64,000 bases of DNA from positions 75,270,001 through 75,334,000 of the forward strand of contig NC_086097.1 in NCBI RefSeq assembly GCF_963921235.1. Direction: 5' to 3'. Shown here one piece after another: positions 24,743-38,035 of this stretch. Under the pieces are notes generated by a model. It was not told the origin of the DNA. It searched no databases and saw only the letters and a program-made list of their open reading frames with translations. A program made the translations under genes and the position numbers. The stretch comes from Mobula hypostoma (Eukaryota). Within the stretch, counting starts at the first letter, position 1. Every line of letters begins with the position of its first letter.

Positions 24743-25360
24743 AAACACAAGAGATTCTGCAAATGCTGGAAATCCAGAGCAACGAAATGCTGGAGGAACT
24801 CAGCAGCATCTAAGGAAATGAATAAACCATTGTTGTTTTCGGCCACGACCCTTCTTCAGGATTGGTAAAGAAGGGGGAAGATACCAGAGTAAGAAAGTGA
24901 AGGAGAGGAAGGAGTACAAGTGTGAAGGTGATAGATGAAGCCAGGTGGGTGGTGGAAGAGGGGACAGAGCTGGAAAGTTACGGGTGGAAAAGATAAAGGA
25001 CTGGAGAGGAAGGAATCTGATAGGAGAGGAGAGTGGACCATGGGAGAAAGCGAAAGTGGAGGGGTACCAGATGTAGGTGATAGGCAGGTGAGGAGAAAAG
25101 TTAAGAGGGGAGCCAGAGTGGGGAAATGAAGAAGAGGGAAGGGGGAGGGGGAAAATTACTGGAATTTGGAAAAATTGATGTTTATGCCATCAGGTTGGAG
25201 GCTACCAAACAAAATATGAGGTGTTATTCTTCCAACCTGAGAGGGGCAGTAATTCTGTGATTTTGTTATTCCCTTGTCCATTCATCACTCCCCACTAGTT
25301 TCCCTCTGGCATTTAACCCTGCAAGTGGCAGAAGTGCAACACCTGCCCATTCATCTCCAT
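24743..25360 (-). mobile_element. PLE 3' end (GIY-YIG C-terminus + terminal repeat), followed by a short plus-strand PLE piece
   Basis: Minus strand gives LRLEE*HLIF.../SLQPDGININFSKFQ*; degenerate hammerhead near 24827-24863; 25300-25355 on the plus strand reads PCKWQKCNTCPF (PLE Cys-rich linker). Confidence 0.85.
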
Positions 25361-26864
25361 GCTGAGAGTTAAGAGGAACAGACAGGAGAATGAATTGGAG
25401 GTAACAACCAGACCACCTTTAGTCTTCTTGAGTGACAGAGCAGGCTTGATGAATCACATGGCCTCCCACTCCTATTTTTCATATGCTATCGATTTATGGA
25501 CATGAGCTCTTTTAGTCCTTTAGCTTCACAGACGCCAGTCTTCCCTGAACCTCTTCTGATGGCTCTCCTGTAGCTGTAGTTTATGGAGCATATCCATAAG
25601 CACCATTGCAGATGCATTCATAAGAAGTGTAGGAAACATCCTGCCCCTGTGCTCAACAGCATCACCATCCCGTGTTTCAAACATCTGAAGTGTATCTTAA
25701 CTGCAAGTGCAATGCTTAATTTCCAGAAGATTGTTTTTCCTAATCTTCCCAGTTATTTGTGATATCCTTTCATAAACATTGACTGAGCAGGTAGGCTTCG
25801 TAGCATCGAGCAACAGATGCAGAAATGAGCGGCCCTTTAAATCAGCCAGCTACAGTGAAAGGAGCACCATGTAAATATGATTAACCATCAGTAGCCAACA
25901 ATTTGTCTGAAGCAGAAACATGTCACCCATTTTCTCCTGGTTCCCGCTTAATGCCCAGATATTTGAGATCAGCATTGACAAACATTGATTTTTCAATCAA
26001 GATGCACTTAAAAAGGCAATTCTGCATGATCCAGTTTCTCACCAAAGTAATTTAAATCAAAGTTTGTGAGTACCTGATCTTAAGTTACTGAAACATATTC
26101 TAACCGTATTAAGGCCTAGTCATAATTTCCGTTTTATATATATATATATCTACAGAATATTACAGATGTCTCCTTGCATCCTAATCGTCCAACTTTTGGA
26201 CCCTTCTCACAAGCATACAAGTGAGTACAATCAGTGGAGATCCTCACTGGTGATTCCTTCTGCAAGAGCACGGCTACTTGGAGAAGAATCAATGGGTCAA
26301 ATGGTCGAATTCTGTTCCTGTGTCTTACATGTCTTATTTTTTGGATCAATCTGTTCTGTGTTGGAACAAAGGATTTAGAAACTTCATGTGCACTGACTGT
26401 AGTTTGACTGTAAAATTTACCTCAAAATTTATGTCAATAACAAGGGAATTCAAACTTAAGATCCAGGACTATCCAATGGAAACTTCACTCTAAAGCCAAT
26501 GACTTCCAGTAGGTCATAAATTTTGATATAAAAGAGAAAAGAGGAAATGCTGAAAATACTCAGAATAGATGTTTTAGGGTCACAGATTCTTCTTCAGAAG
26601 TGGAAAAAATTTTCCTTAACAATTTCAAATAGCCAGCCTGTCTTTTCCTCTACTTGGATGTGGCTGTGCCCCTCTAATTCAATTTATTTCTGTCTTCTTT
26701 TCTACTCTACCAGTCAGATTTTCAAGTAGCTATAACCTAGACAACTTTGGTCTACATCCCGTCACAGACCTCTATCTCACACATAGATCTCACACACAAA
26801 ACTCTTATTTTCTCTGCCTCTGCTCTCTGCAACTTAAAACATGCCTGTTTTCTCATTTTTCCAG

Positions 26865-27085
26865 TTCTGAATGAAGGTCCTTAGCCAACTAAACATAGAC
26901 TTTGTTTCTTTCCCTGCAGATGCTGCTCAACCTGCTTGTCTGTTTCCCTTATAATTCATGACATCATCTGCAACTTTAATGAGATTGCAGCTCTTTTATC
27001 TGCTGCTCAATACTTAGTATTCAATGTCATACTGCTCCAGCATTTTCTGTTTTTGTTTCAGATTCCCACTATTTGCAGATTTTTG
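26865..27085 (+). mobile_element. Old PLE terminal repeat interrupted by an 89-bp insertion
   Basis: TTCTGAATGAAGG...CAGATGCTGCTCAACCTGCT [insert] CTCCAGCATTTTCTGTTTTTGTTTCAGATTCCCACTATTTGCAG. Confidence 0.7.
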
Positions 27086-28114
27086 CTCCAACTACCATTC
27101 AGATTCAGAAATGGACTTTGATCGACCTTTGGTACTGACTGAAGACCAGCCGATGCTGATGAACGAGGGCTCAGATTCCAAGCTTTGAACTCTGGACTGG
27201 CTGATGACAGAACTTGACCACTATGCCTCAAACTATTCAATTTACTGGCATTTCTCTCCCTGGCATGTCCACATCAAAGAAGTTCTGCTCCTATCTCCAG
27301 TATTTCCATCAATCTCTTTTACTGTATTAACCTCCAGTGTTTTTTTTTGTCCTTGCCTTTGATAAGGTCTTGCTCAAAACTCATTAACATAACTGCATCT
27401 CCTTCTTTCACAACTGCCTCCTGCTTCAGCTTATTGTGCATGGATTCCAAATGAAATTCCACACTACAGAGTTTGGATCCCCCATGATTACAGGTTTGCT
27501 TAAACGTTCCACTGTTTCCATAATCACTGCTCTTGCCACATCTTAGATTCACACTTAATGCTATGCTTCAACATATGCTTTTGACCTCTCTGAAACAGCA
27601 ACAAATCCACTAAGTCACAGCTATCTGATCTGCAATTGCACACTACCCTTTACTGAATTCAGTGGTACATAGAAACAATCCTTTCATTCTGATATTTATG
27701 ACTGCAAACTTTGATGGCTCTTGAATTTTAATACATTTCCAGATCATTTTTCTCCATTTCCCCCCATCCCATCTCTCGTTCCAGTCCTACCCCTTGTAAT
27801 GTTTCCCCTGTCCCTCCTGATCATTCCTTCTCTGATTTCAATGATCTGCCTTCAGCAGAGGTTTAGTTTCATCATACTCCATCCTTAATAAATTCCAGGT
27901 CCAACATGATTCCCCCTGCTTACCTTGCCCTCTGAGCCCATTTATTTAGCCAGAAGTCCTGACTCTTTAATATGGACACACTTTCCTGTCTCCAGAACTC
28001 CCATTCCACCTGAATTGTTTCTTTTGGTATCTCATCTTTTATACTCATCACTAACTGTGGTCCTGACATTGATTGACTCTATTTTCATATCTCATATTTT
28101 CTTTTTTTTTGAAC

Positions 28115-28322
28115 TTAGAAGGATGTAATTCAGCCTATTAAGTCTATGCTGGTATTCAAAGTATTCCCATCAATTTCATTCCTTCACTTATCTCTCTGCA
28201 ATCTAATCCCTCACAGATACCTATTAATTCCCTTCTGATTCTACCACTGCTATGCTACAGCAGCCAATCAACCTACCAACCAGTTATTCTTTGGAATGTA
28301 GGTGGAAACTAGAGCACTGGTG
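28115..28322 (-). mobile_element. HE1/V-SINE-like fragment
   Basis: GCAGCCAATCAACCTACCAACC...CTTTGGAATGTAGGTGGAAACTAGAGCACTGG is the reverse complement of a V-domain-like core. Confidence 0.6.
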
Positions 28323-28359
28323 ACCCATTGTTTCAGCCTGCTCTTTCTTATTTGGTCAC

Positions 28360-28543
28360 AACAAAAACATAAAATAATGGAAGCACTCAGCATGTCAGTC
28401 AGTATCTGTGGAAAGAGGAAGACAGTTAATGTTTCAGGTTGGAGACTGTTAGAAGTTCTATTGATGAACCTTCATCCTGAAATGTTTCTCTTTCCACAGA
28501 TGCTGCCTGACCTACTGAGCATTTTCAGCATTTTCTGTTTATA
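28360..28543. mobile_element. Old fold-back PLE-derived mini-element
   Basis: The arms CTCAGCATGTCAGTCAGTATCTGTGGAAAGAG / CTCTTTCCACAGATGCTGCCTGACCTACTGAG are imperfect inverted repeats. Confidence 0.7.
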
Positions 28544-30789
28544 GGACAATTTGGAAATGAGGGAAGAAAACCAAATTTTTGTTGAGGAAAATAAACCTAT
28601 TGAGCAGATTTTTTTTAGTTTTGATCTTTACCTCTGAAGTGTCACAATGAGAAATTTGCTGTACCCTTGCTGCTCATGTTAGCAGATGTTCATATTCTTA
28701 TTTTTCATATTTCATCAAAGTAATTTCAAAATTCTAGCAGAATTTGCAAACCACTAATGTGTTTCTCTTATAATTTATGACATCATCTGCAACTTTAATG
28801 AGGTTGCAGCTCTGTTATCTGCTGCTCGATACTTAGTATTCAATGTCAAATGTGCAGCTTTTCATCCATCAACAGTTCTGCAGCAGGTTCCTGATTTAGG
28901 GTGCTCAAGAATTGGGATACTGAATGGGGTATAAACAGAGGTGGAAGGAGTAAAAAAAATCTCAGAATAAATATTTTAGCAGTATTAAATTAGACTTCCC
29001 AGGTGATACTCTGCTGAAGTGCTTTTTAAAAGGAGCATGCAATGAGAATTATTTGCATAACTTTATTAGTTCATCAGCTAAGGTATTCTTACCAAAACAA
29101 ATATTTTACCCCACTTCCATTGACAAAAGGCTGACCTTATTTCAGAAACTGTATATTTTCCACTTTAGAAATAATATATACTGATTAGGTTTAATTCTAG
29201 CAAACGGGTTAAGTGCCTAGTAGGGAATTCCCTGACTTAAATTTCTGACCTCTAGATTCAATATTTTTTTGCACATTGAGTAATAAAACAATCTCCAGTC
29301 TTGCTTGACACAAGAACAAGTTTATTTGACTTATCCCTAGGGGTGGGTTGAGCATACGGCATAAAATAAGGAATCACACAAAATACTGTGAGTTCAGACC
29401 TTCTCTGAAGTCTTCTATCTCTGCCTACTTGGCAATGGATATCGAACAAAAGTAAATGCACAAAAGTCAAGATTATAACATGGACATTTATTGTATCCAT
29501 TATAAGCTGTAAAATATGATTTTGTAAATATAAAAAAAGATGCTGAAAGTCAGCATTTTTTTTCATGTGCAGTGGGGAAAACACATCAGAGGTACAATAT
29601 TCAATAAATATAATAAACATCCCGATGAAACAAATTGTTCATAAACTACCTCTTTAATTTTTTAGAGTTTCTGAACCATATATTTTCTTATTAGTTCTGA
29701 GCCTGCTGGGTTTCTTGGATGGATGGGGAATGTCAGAGTCTGAATATTATGTAGCTGCTTTATGAATTATTTCTGAGAAGAGAAGCCTATTACAGCTGTC
29801 AGGAAGATGATGATATTAAACCATCACAGTTCAGCTGGTACCACCCTCCCCCTACATCCATCACTCCCTCTCATAGCAGTTACAAGTCACACCATCTCAT
29901 GTTGAGAGATTTCTAGTACCAAGACAAATACTGGCCTTTCCTGAGACCATGAAACATTTAGCATTTCATTTTGGATCATGGCAGATGCCAGTAACAAATA
30001 GCCTAATGAATCTCACTTATTGTCTCTGTGAGTTTTAAGCAATCCCGTTGAATGGCAGATTTTCTATTTAATTTCTCCACTTTCTTTCATTCACTATTAC
30101 TCTATTCCCCCACCCACTTCCATCTATTATTTTGTGAGAAGAAGTGGAAGGTGTACCCCGAGGAAGCAATAATTTTATATTGCATGTCAGCAAACCTTTG
30201 AGGTTTGTTAAAGAGTACTGGAAAAACATGTTGATGTATGAAATCTCAAACCATCTTTAAACAATGTTCCATGGTGACCCGACTTCTGGCATTGCTGCAC
30301 AATGTGGTATTATTCTTGACTGCGATTAAAATTCATCCACTCACCACTGGTGAGTTCTGCCACCCTTCGCTTTGACTTGGAGTCCTCTCCAGGAACAAGT
30401 AGACCACCTAGTTTAAAGGACTGGGAGGATCGGCCTTGCACCACTGAAGCATGTGCTCAGTCAAATTACTAATAAGCAATGATAGTGGCAACTGTATGAA
30501 TGGCACATTTCAGGCGGGCATATTACTCTTCCTGTTCCCTCAGAGGGATCACGCTGTGGGGAATTTGAGATTAGTGGGGGGAAAAATCAAAGATATAATT
30601 TAAATGTACATTGCATGGGGTGCACATTTATAAAATACTGAATCACTTAAACACACTTTGGACAAATGTTATCATTTTCTGTCTCACTGATTCAAATAGG
30701 TAAGTCATAATTTAAGGGGTCAATGTGGTATACTTTTGTTGGATCATTTAGCAACAGCCTATTCAATTTGTTTAAGGTAGAATGGTATC

Positions 30790-31200
30790 ACGGGCCTGAG
30801 AGAAATTAACCACTTACCTATTTGCCTTTCCAGCTGAAGCTTCGCACCGAGGTGAGAGCTCTGCGTATTCTTCATGGGTTTGGGCTAGGGGATGGGGGGA
30901 GGGGGGTGGGGTAGGGGGTGAAATTGAAGGAATAATGCAAGACAGTGTGCTTGACAGTATAATTTGCTGTTCGTGAGTGAGCAAGAATGCATAACTAATG
31001 AGCACGGCAGGATCTGTGAATTACCTGACTCCTTCTGATTAGTCAAATTCAAGGCAGATTATGCTGCCAATCAGATCTTCTTTTTAATTCTTTGTAACTG
31101 ATGAAGAAATTGAAAAAATGCAGCAAACCCAGGCCAGGTTATACCATTCCTGGGAGCACATTAATGACACTTTGCTAATTTTCACTCTGCTGAAAGCACT
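30790..31200. promoter_or_regulatory. Possible conserved non-coding element containing a G-rich tract
   Basis: Unique sequence with retained CpGs and clustered TAAT/TGACAG motifs; G-runs at 30876-30918. Confidence 0.3.
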
Positions 31201-32439
31201 CTTGGTATTGACATTGCAATTGACTTATATCAAATGGAGTAGAATAAAATCTAAAAAGCCATGCCACCAATTTATTCTTCTTTGAATTTGTATATTTATA
31301 AACATCTACCTCTGCAACACATTACAACATGCTTTGTAAAAATTACCAGAAATTGGTCTGAAAACAGGCAATGCTTTTAAGAGCAATTCTCCATTATTTT
31401 GCAACACGATGTACAATTATGACATGAACATGCAGCTAATATAAGATTTCACACCTCTCTCCCGCCACATATGAAGTCAATATGATTAATTATTTTTTCT
31501 AATCAATGCTTTAGAGCAGACGTGTGGATAATGAGTTCATTTTTGAGTTGCCAACGTTAAAATCTACTGCAGCAATGAGCACCAGGCGTCCCTTTTCTGT
31601 CTTGTCCTTACCATTTTGAAGGGTAAAGTAATTAAGGTAATAGGATTCCAGAAGACTGAAAGTAGTTATTTGAGCTAATAGGCAACTCCTACCCACACAA
31701 GGAAATCATTGTATGTCAGCCAGTATGGACGTGAACATTAACTGGTATGTACAGACAAATGAGTATGACAATTGTTGACCCTTAGAAATACTTGGTACAT
31801 ACAAAAAGGTAAAATAAATTGTCTTTTGCCTCAATGGTGTACATGAATGAAGCAGTGCCAATAATATCTTAAATTTAGCTTTGCTGAAACCAATAAAATG
31901 TACCAGAGCAAAAGTCGCTTTTAAAGGAATGCTGTAAATCCCATGACAGCCTTCTTGGATGATGAGCTATTTACAAAATTTGAATTATTATTGACAGATA
32001 TGATGACATGGCTGATAGGTGGAGTTGGTTGCAATCAGAAAGGAATGAGCTTATCTAATGGGGCTTTTGCAGTTCCATGACTGAGTGTCCCAAATGCAGT
32101 ACCTGTAAATTAGAGTATTAATGCAATGTTTCAGCCGCAGAGAAGCTGTGAAGATGGTGACAAATACATTCTTTACCCCAGCTCTCTCAGTAATGATCAC
32201 CCTCACAAATTAAGGACGCAACTATTTAACATGCTGAGATCTGTACTCCTGTCTATAACAAATAAACAATCTGATTTGCTTCTTCTAATTTCAAGACAGA
32301 TTTACATTTGTAAGAGAACTAACCACTTTAACATGCTCTTTATGTGTTAAAGTATAATTAGCCTTGACTTATCAAAAAATAGCCAAAACACCTTTTTTTT
32401 TGATTGTTTGGTCAACAGTCCAAATCCTCTTGATTCCAC

Positions 32440-32605
32440 ACTCATAGAATCAAAGAGCAATAACAGCATGGATACTAGCCCTTTGGCCCAATCATTCCGT
32501 GCTGACCACAGTGCCCATCCCAGCTCAGCCCAAGTTGTTGCATTGATTCCATATCCCTCTAAACCCCACTTCCCACAACATGTACCTATCCAAGTACTCT
32601 TCCAT
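32440..32605 (-). mobile_element. CR1-like 3'UTR fragment
   Basis: CATAGAATCAAAGAGCAATAACAGCATGGATACTAGCCCTTTGGCCCA...CATGTACCTATCCAA parallels the CR1 end at 4283-4430. Confidence 0.7.
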
Positions 32606-33169
32606 ATACTCAAAAACTTCCCAGTGAAAAAGTTGGCTGAAAATTCCTTCCAAATGTACAAATAAGATTGATGCTATTCTTTGGAAACTTCAGGTGCAAT
32701 TTTAACATGATTGTATTGGAAACGCAGGCGATCATTTGGGGCACTGATTTTTCATCTTGTCAAGTGGGGAGTAAACTCAGACAGAGTGAGAAACAGACAT
32801 TACAGCCAATGCTACTCGGTTCTTTCCAGACCGCAAAGATACATTTCCCACACATAATCATCTTGTTGACTAGTTTTTAAACCAAAATCATAGAATTAAG
32901 CAACTATGAGCTACATTTCCCCCATTTAGTCAGGAAAAACTTGCATGAATATTTCTGTAGTATACTTAATGGCAAAGTAAACTCATAAATACAATTCAGA
33001 ATTAAAGATAATTATTTGATTTGAGAAACACAGCACTGAGATTATCAAAAAGTCCTTTTAACTGTCTTAATTGAAGTACACGTACGGGCAATGGTAAATA
33101 CTTAAATTGCAGTTTGGAAGATAGTAAAGACTGGTCTTCCCCAAAGGGGCAAATGGTGAGGAGGAAAGT

Positions 33170-33390
33170 GGTGGTCTGCCAGAAGACAGGAGAGCTGGCA
33201 AAGTGGGTAGATAAGTGGCAGTGACATTTAATTCAGGGAAGTGCAAAGTGATACACTTTAATAGAAAGAGCAAGGTGAAATGATACCTTTCTGAAAGGAG
33301 GATCTTGGTATACGGGGATCTAAATCCTTGGAAAGGCATGGCATTTTGAGAGATTGATTAGTAAGTCAAAGGAGATACAAGGAATACTAA
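33170..33390 (+). mobile_element. Degraded CR1 RT fragment
   Basis: GATAAGTGGCAGTGACATTTAATTCAGGGAAGTGCAAAGTGATACACTTT (KWQ..FNSGKCKVIHF). Confidence 0.6.
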
Positions 33391-33469
33391 ATCAATTACT
33401 CTGCTGTTATAGGACCATTGAATAGCTCCCTGGAATGATAAGATGCAAACGTGACTTTACAATCTACCT

Positions 33470-34218
33470 CACTACACCTACCTGTACACCTCCTCCATCA
33501 CCTCCATTCAGAGCCCCAAACAGTCCTTCCAGGTGAGGCAACACTTCACCTGAGAATCTTCTGGGATTGTCTATTGTATCTGGTGCTCCCGATGTGGCCA
33601 CCTCTACATGGGTGAGGCCTGTTGTAAGTTTGGGAACTGCTTCGTCATGCACCTCTGCTCCATCCACCAAATGTGGAACTTTCTGGTGGTCAAACATTTT
33701 AATTCTGATTCCCATTCTTGTTCTGACACGTCGGTCCATGGCTTCCTGTTGTGCCACAATGAGTCCACTCTCAGGGTGGAGGGGCAACACCTTAAATTCC
33801 ATCCCAGAAGCTTCCAACCTGATGGCATGAATATTGATTTCTCCTTCAGGTAAAAAAAAAATTCCCTCCCCCTCCCCTCTTCTTCTATTCCCCAGTTTGG
33901 TCTCTTGCCTCTTCTCACCTGCCTATCACCTCCCTTTAGGTCACCTCCTCCTTTCCTTTCTCCTATGGTTCACTTTCCTCCTACCAGATTCTTTTTTCTT
34001 CAGTCCTTCACCATTCGCACCCACCTGGCTTCACCTATCACCTTCTAGCTAGCCTCCTTCTGCTCACCCTCCCCCCCCCCCACCAGCTTTTTATTCTGGC
34101 ATCTTCCCCCTTCCTTTCCAGTCCTGAAGAGGAGTCTTGGTCTGACAAGTTGATTGTTTATTCATTTCCATAGATGCTGCCTGACCTGCTGAGTTCCTCC
34201 TGTGTTTGGTGTGTGTTT
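33470..34218 (+). mobile_element. PLE 3' portion: GIY-YIG endonuclease remnant + terminal repeat
   Basis: Translates as PKQSFQVRQHFT*ESSGIVYCIWCSRCGHLYMGE...HFNSDSHS...QPDGMNIDFS; degenerate hammerhead CAGTCCTGAAGAGGAGTCTTGGTCTGACAAGTTGATTG at 34119-34156. Confidence 0.92.
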
Positions 34219-34421
34219 CGTCATAATCTTACACCCTCTTATCTACTTGCACTGAACTTTCTGTGTAGCTGTTGCACTTTATTTTGCATTCTGTTCTTGT
34301 TTTAACCTGTACTGCCTCATTGTGCTGTGTAATAGTCTGATCAGCATGAAAGACAAACTTTTCACTATACCTCAGTACATGTGATGCTAATAAGCTAATT
34401 CCAATTCCAGTTCAAATTCCA
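34219..34421 (+). mobile_element. LINE-type (Rex1-like) 3'UTR; its 5' part is probably 33395-33469
   Basis: CTTTTCACTATACCTCAGTACATGTGATGCTAATAAG followed by an (AATTCC)n tail. Confidence 0.55.
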
Positions 34422-37064
34422 ACAGTGTGAAAATGCAGGGAGATAATGTCGAGCCATTTATAAAAGAAAAGGGCTATTCAGAACTGTTCAAGGTCCCAGG
34501 GAAAATGCAAAAACAAATTTTGCAACTAATTTCTGAAACTCATACCTCTCCCAAGCCTAATCCCATTATTCTCCGTGATCATTGAATGATTTTTTTGGAA
34601 TAGTGCTCTACTTCATCTTTACCCCTTCCCCCTGCTGTGCAGAGATCCACCTTCTAGATTAAAAAAGTAGAGTTTAGGTCATTCTCTTTGTGTGCAGCTC
34701 ATGGAAGATTACCTGATATGATTAGAGACCTGGCAGGAAAGGAACAAAGGCCTTTATTTATATAAACTGAGCTATAAGTGATGCAGTCCCATTCTTTGTG
34801 TGCTCACATCTGTGCCATCAGAACCGATTGAGGTTTACTTAATGTCAAAATCCTCCTGGGGTGAGGCTATCTCATCTGATCCAGCAGCTTGCAGTGAGGA
34901 GACCTGCTCAGTGGATCCATATGTTGGGCTTATGCGTCACGAGGTCATCTTTCCTCCTAAAATTGTCAAAGGCTTTTGACTGAAAAAAAATTATCTTCTT
35001 TGGGGCTGAAATTTGTGAATCCAGTGTTTGTGAAATTTGTGAAGTGTTAGTACAGAGACACAGAAATCCAAACATCCTTATTCCCAATTCTCTAAATTGT
35101 AAAATGGAGGAGGAGCTACTGGTGGTTCAGATTTTCGTCAATAGACAAGTCCTCTAATGGAGCAAGTAGATTCAATTGAATGGACTAAAGCTGATTACTT
35201 CATGAGTTCTTTGAACTGTTATGATAAAAGAGGGATTTGTTAAACTTCTGTACACACACTCATTGTACAGTTTCTACATTTCCACAATCATTTTGGATTG
35301 TGGAGTCTGCAAAGCTTCCTGGTTTTGCTTAGCAAATTAGTTTTCAATGGACTCTCTAGCCACTTAAGATGTTTTTACTAAGACATTATTTTGAATTAGT
35401 TTTGTTTGACCTACTATTGATTACAAGATCTAAACCATTTTTAGACATTACAGAACTTCCTGAAAATCTATTTCTTTATTCTCCATTGTCATGTGCTGCC
35501 ATTATGAGTTTATTAAGTCGATAATTGGTTCCTGAATTAGCTGTCCTTGTGTCTTGCAGTCTTTCTGGTGACATGATTTGTTAAATGTTGTGCTGGTTTG
35601 CACTGGATGGATTAATTTTAAGATTTATAATACAACTGTTTACAAATATCTGGTTTCCAAAGATGTTATCAGAATGATTCCAAATTATTCACAAGAATTT
35701 ATTTTTGAATGTGGATTGATTATATCTTCAGTCTTAATTGGGGGAACATTGTTTGCTGCCTTTTAGTCATGTATTCTCATTGAAGTTAACCTTCATTGAC
35801 CGTTTTGCTCAAACATCTCAAAGATATCATTACACCATTTCTAATAATCCTTTGATGATCTTTGGCAAGTAATATTGACTTCCCTAGTGACCACATTAAT
35901 CTCAACGTCATGCACAGTAAATTATCTGTTTAAAACCCACCAAATCCAGCTGAAGCTGTAATGCATTGTTGGCTTTTAATTCTATGAGGTTGTCTGTGAT
36001 AATTTCAATCCACAAAAAGAATGAAATACTAATCTTGCAACAATAAAATTTTTACACAGTGTATCTGGAATGTTATAATCAGCAGAGTGAAATTTGGTGC
36101 CAGCCTGGATCCTTGAAATGCTTCTTGAATTGAACAATCTTTCTCAGTACAACTCAATATTACCATGGGACTCCCAATTGTTATCTGTGATTTAAAGCTG
36201 CTGAACCATGATACCTAAAATTTCCTGCTATATGAGGGAACAAACACAATAGTAAAAAAAATCATTATAATATCCAAAATACTTGGCTTCATAAAATTGT
36301 GTTCTAATGTGGATGAAGTGTGGATGGTTTAGTGTCTATTTTCCTGATAGTTTGAGAAGAGGACTAACTTTTAACAGCAAGTGATCAAAATGTTGAGAGA
36401 TTCTGTAGCATGTTCAGGGATATAAAAGGTAATGTGGACATTTATGATCATCTTTCATAGACAATAATCTTTCACTTAATAACTTTTAATTTTGTTTTTT
36501 GTGATTGTATGATTCTTTTCAACTTGAACATAAATTTTCACACATTCAACTGGGCTACAATTACGTAAATAACAACCCTTCAGAGTACTGTAAAGTTCTC
36601 CTTTCTCATCTAGTTCTTGGCAAATGATATTGGTATGGAGTACAGATAAACATGTCACACAGCCAAACCTAGAGCTGAGCTAATGCATGCACAGGTGCAC
36701 GTTGCAGTGCAAGTGATAGGAAGATAATATAGGTTGGCAGACATGGACAATATTCATTTTGCTACTGCATGCTGTAACATCTCAGTGCTTCTCTCACCAC
36801 CAGCTCAACCAAGTTGACTTTGTCAAGTGATTATGATGGGAAGCATCAACATTCAGTCGCTTGCAGGTAAGCATGACATAGGCTTACGTGGGCCCCTGCC
36901 CTTACTCAAGAATGTGCCAGTAATTGATGCCTCCTGCTCATTTGCCTTTACAGGTCTATGTCAGCCAGATCTGATGTGGGTTCAGAATACCCAGTCAATT
37001 GACTGGGACTCGCAACCTGGAGATTAAGAAGAGAAAGGCAAATCCAATTACATTTTAATTATTC

Positions 37065-38035
37065 CGCTCACACATGACTGCATAGCAAAACACCTGAGCA
37101 ATCACATTGTCAAGTTTGCTGATGACACGACAGTGATGGGGCACATCTCCAACAATGATGAAACAGCCTACAGTGAGGAGGTGAGTGAGCTTGAGAGCTG
37201 GTGTCAGGCAAATAACCTCTTCCTTAATGTCAACAAGACAAAGGAGATGGTTATCGACTTAAGGAGAACTCACACCACTCACACCCTCCTCTACATCGGT
37301 GACACAGCAGTGGAAACAATTTCAATCACCTGGGAATGCACATCTCACACAACCTCTCATGGTCCCAGAGCACATGATACACAGTCAGGAAAGCTGTGTA
37401 TCCTCTACTTTCTGAGGAGGCTGAAGAGAGCTGGACTTTGCACATCAACACTCGCGTTGCTCTACAGATGTGCAGCAAAGAGCACCCTAACAAGCTGCAT
37501 CACTGCTTGGTACAGAAACTGCACTGCAACGGACACAAAGGCTCTACAATGGGTAGTTAAAACTGCCTAACATGTCACTGGCACCAGTCTACCCACCATA
37601 GAAGATACATGTACAAAAAGGTGTTGAAAAGGGCCAGTAATTTCATGAAGGTCCCCACCCACCCTGCTCATGGACTGTTTGTCCTAGCCGATCAGGGGCA
37701 AAGCTACATATTATCCATGCCAGGACCACCAAACTCAAAGACATTTACTTTCTCCAAACAGTACCTCCACCCACTAACCCACCAGTACTTTATTATTTCC
37801 CGTCTCTCACCTGATGTACGGCCTAGAATCACTTAATGAACATACAGACAATCTATGTATATACGCTATATTATATACTTATATTTATTGTGTGTGTTTT
37901 AATATTATGATTGTGTTCTTGATCTTTTGTGGGTTTTTTGTGCTGCATTTGAATTCAGAGTAACAATTATTTTGTTCTTCTTACACCTACATACAGGAAT
38001 TAATATTAAACAATTTTTAAAAATCTTGAATCTTA
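37065..38035 (+). mobile_element. Rex1/Babar-like LINE RT C-terminal fragment
   Basis: THDCIAKHLSNHIVKFADDTTV followed by ORF 37133-37570 (WCQANNLFLNVNKTKEMVIDLRR...YFLRRLKRAG); AATCTT tail. Confidence 0.92.

Noticed and set aside
24106..24744. Longest ORF in the track (212 aa)
   Set aside because: It runs across a Rex1 3'UTR and tail, an antisense CR1 and a Tc1-like fragment; a chance chimera.
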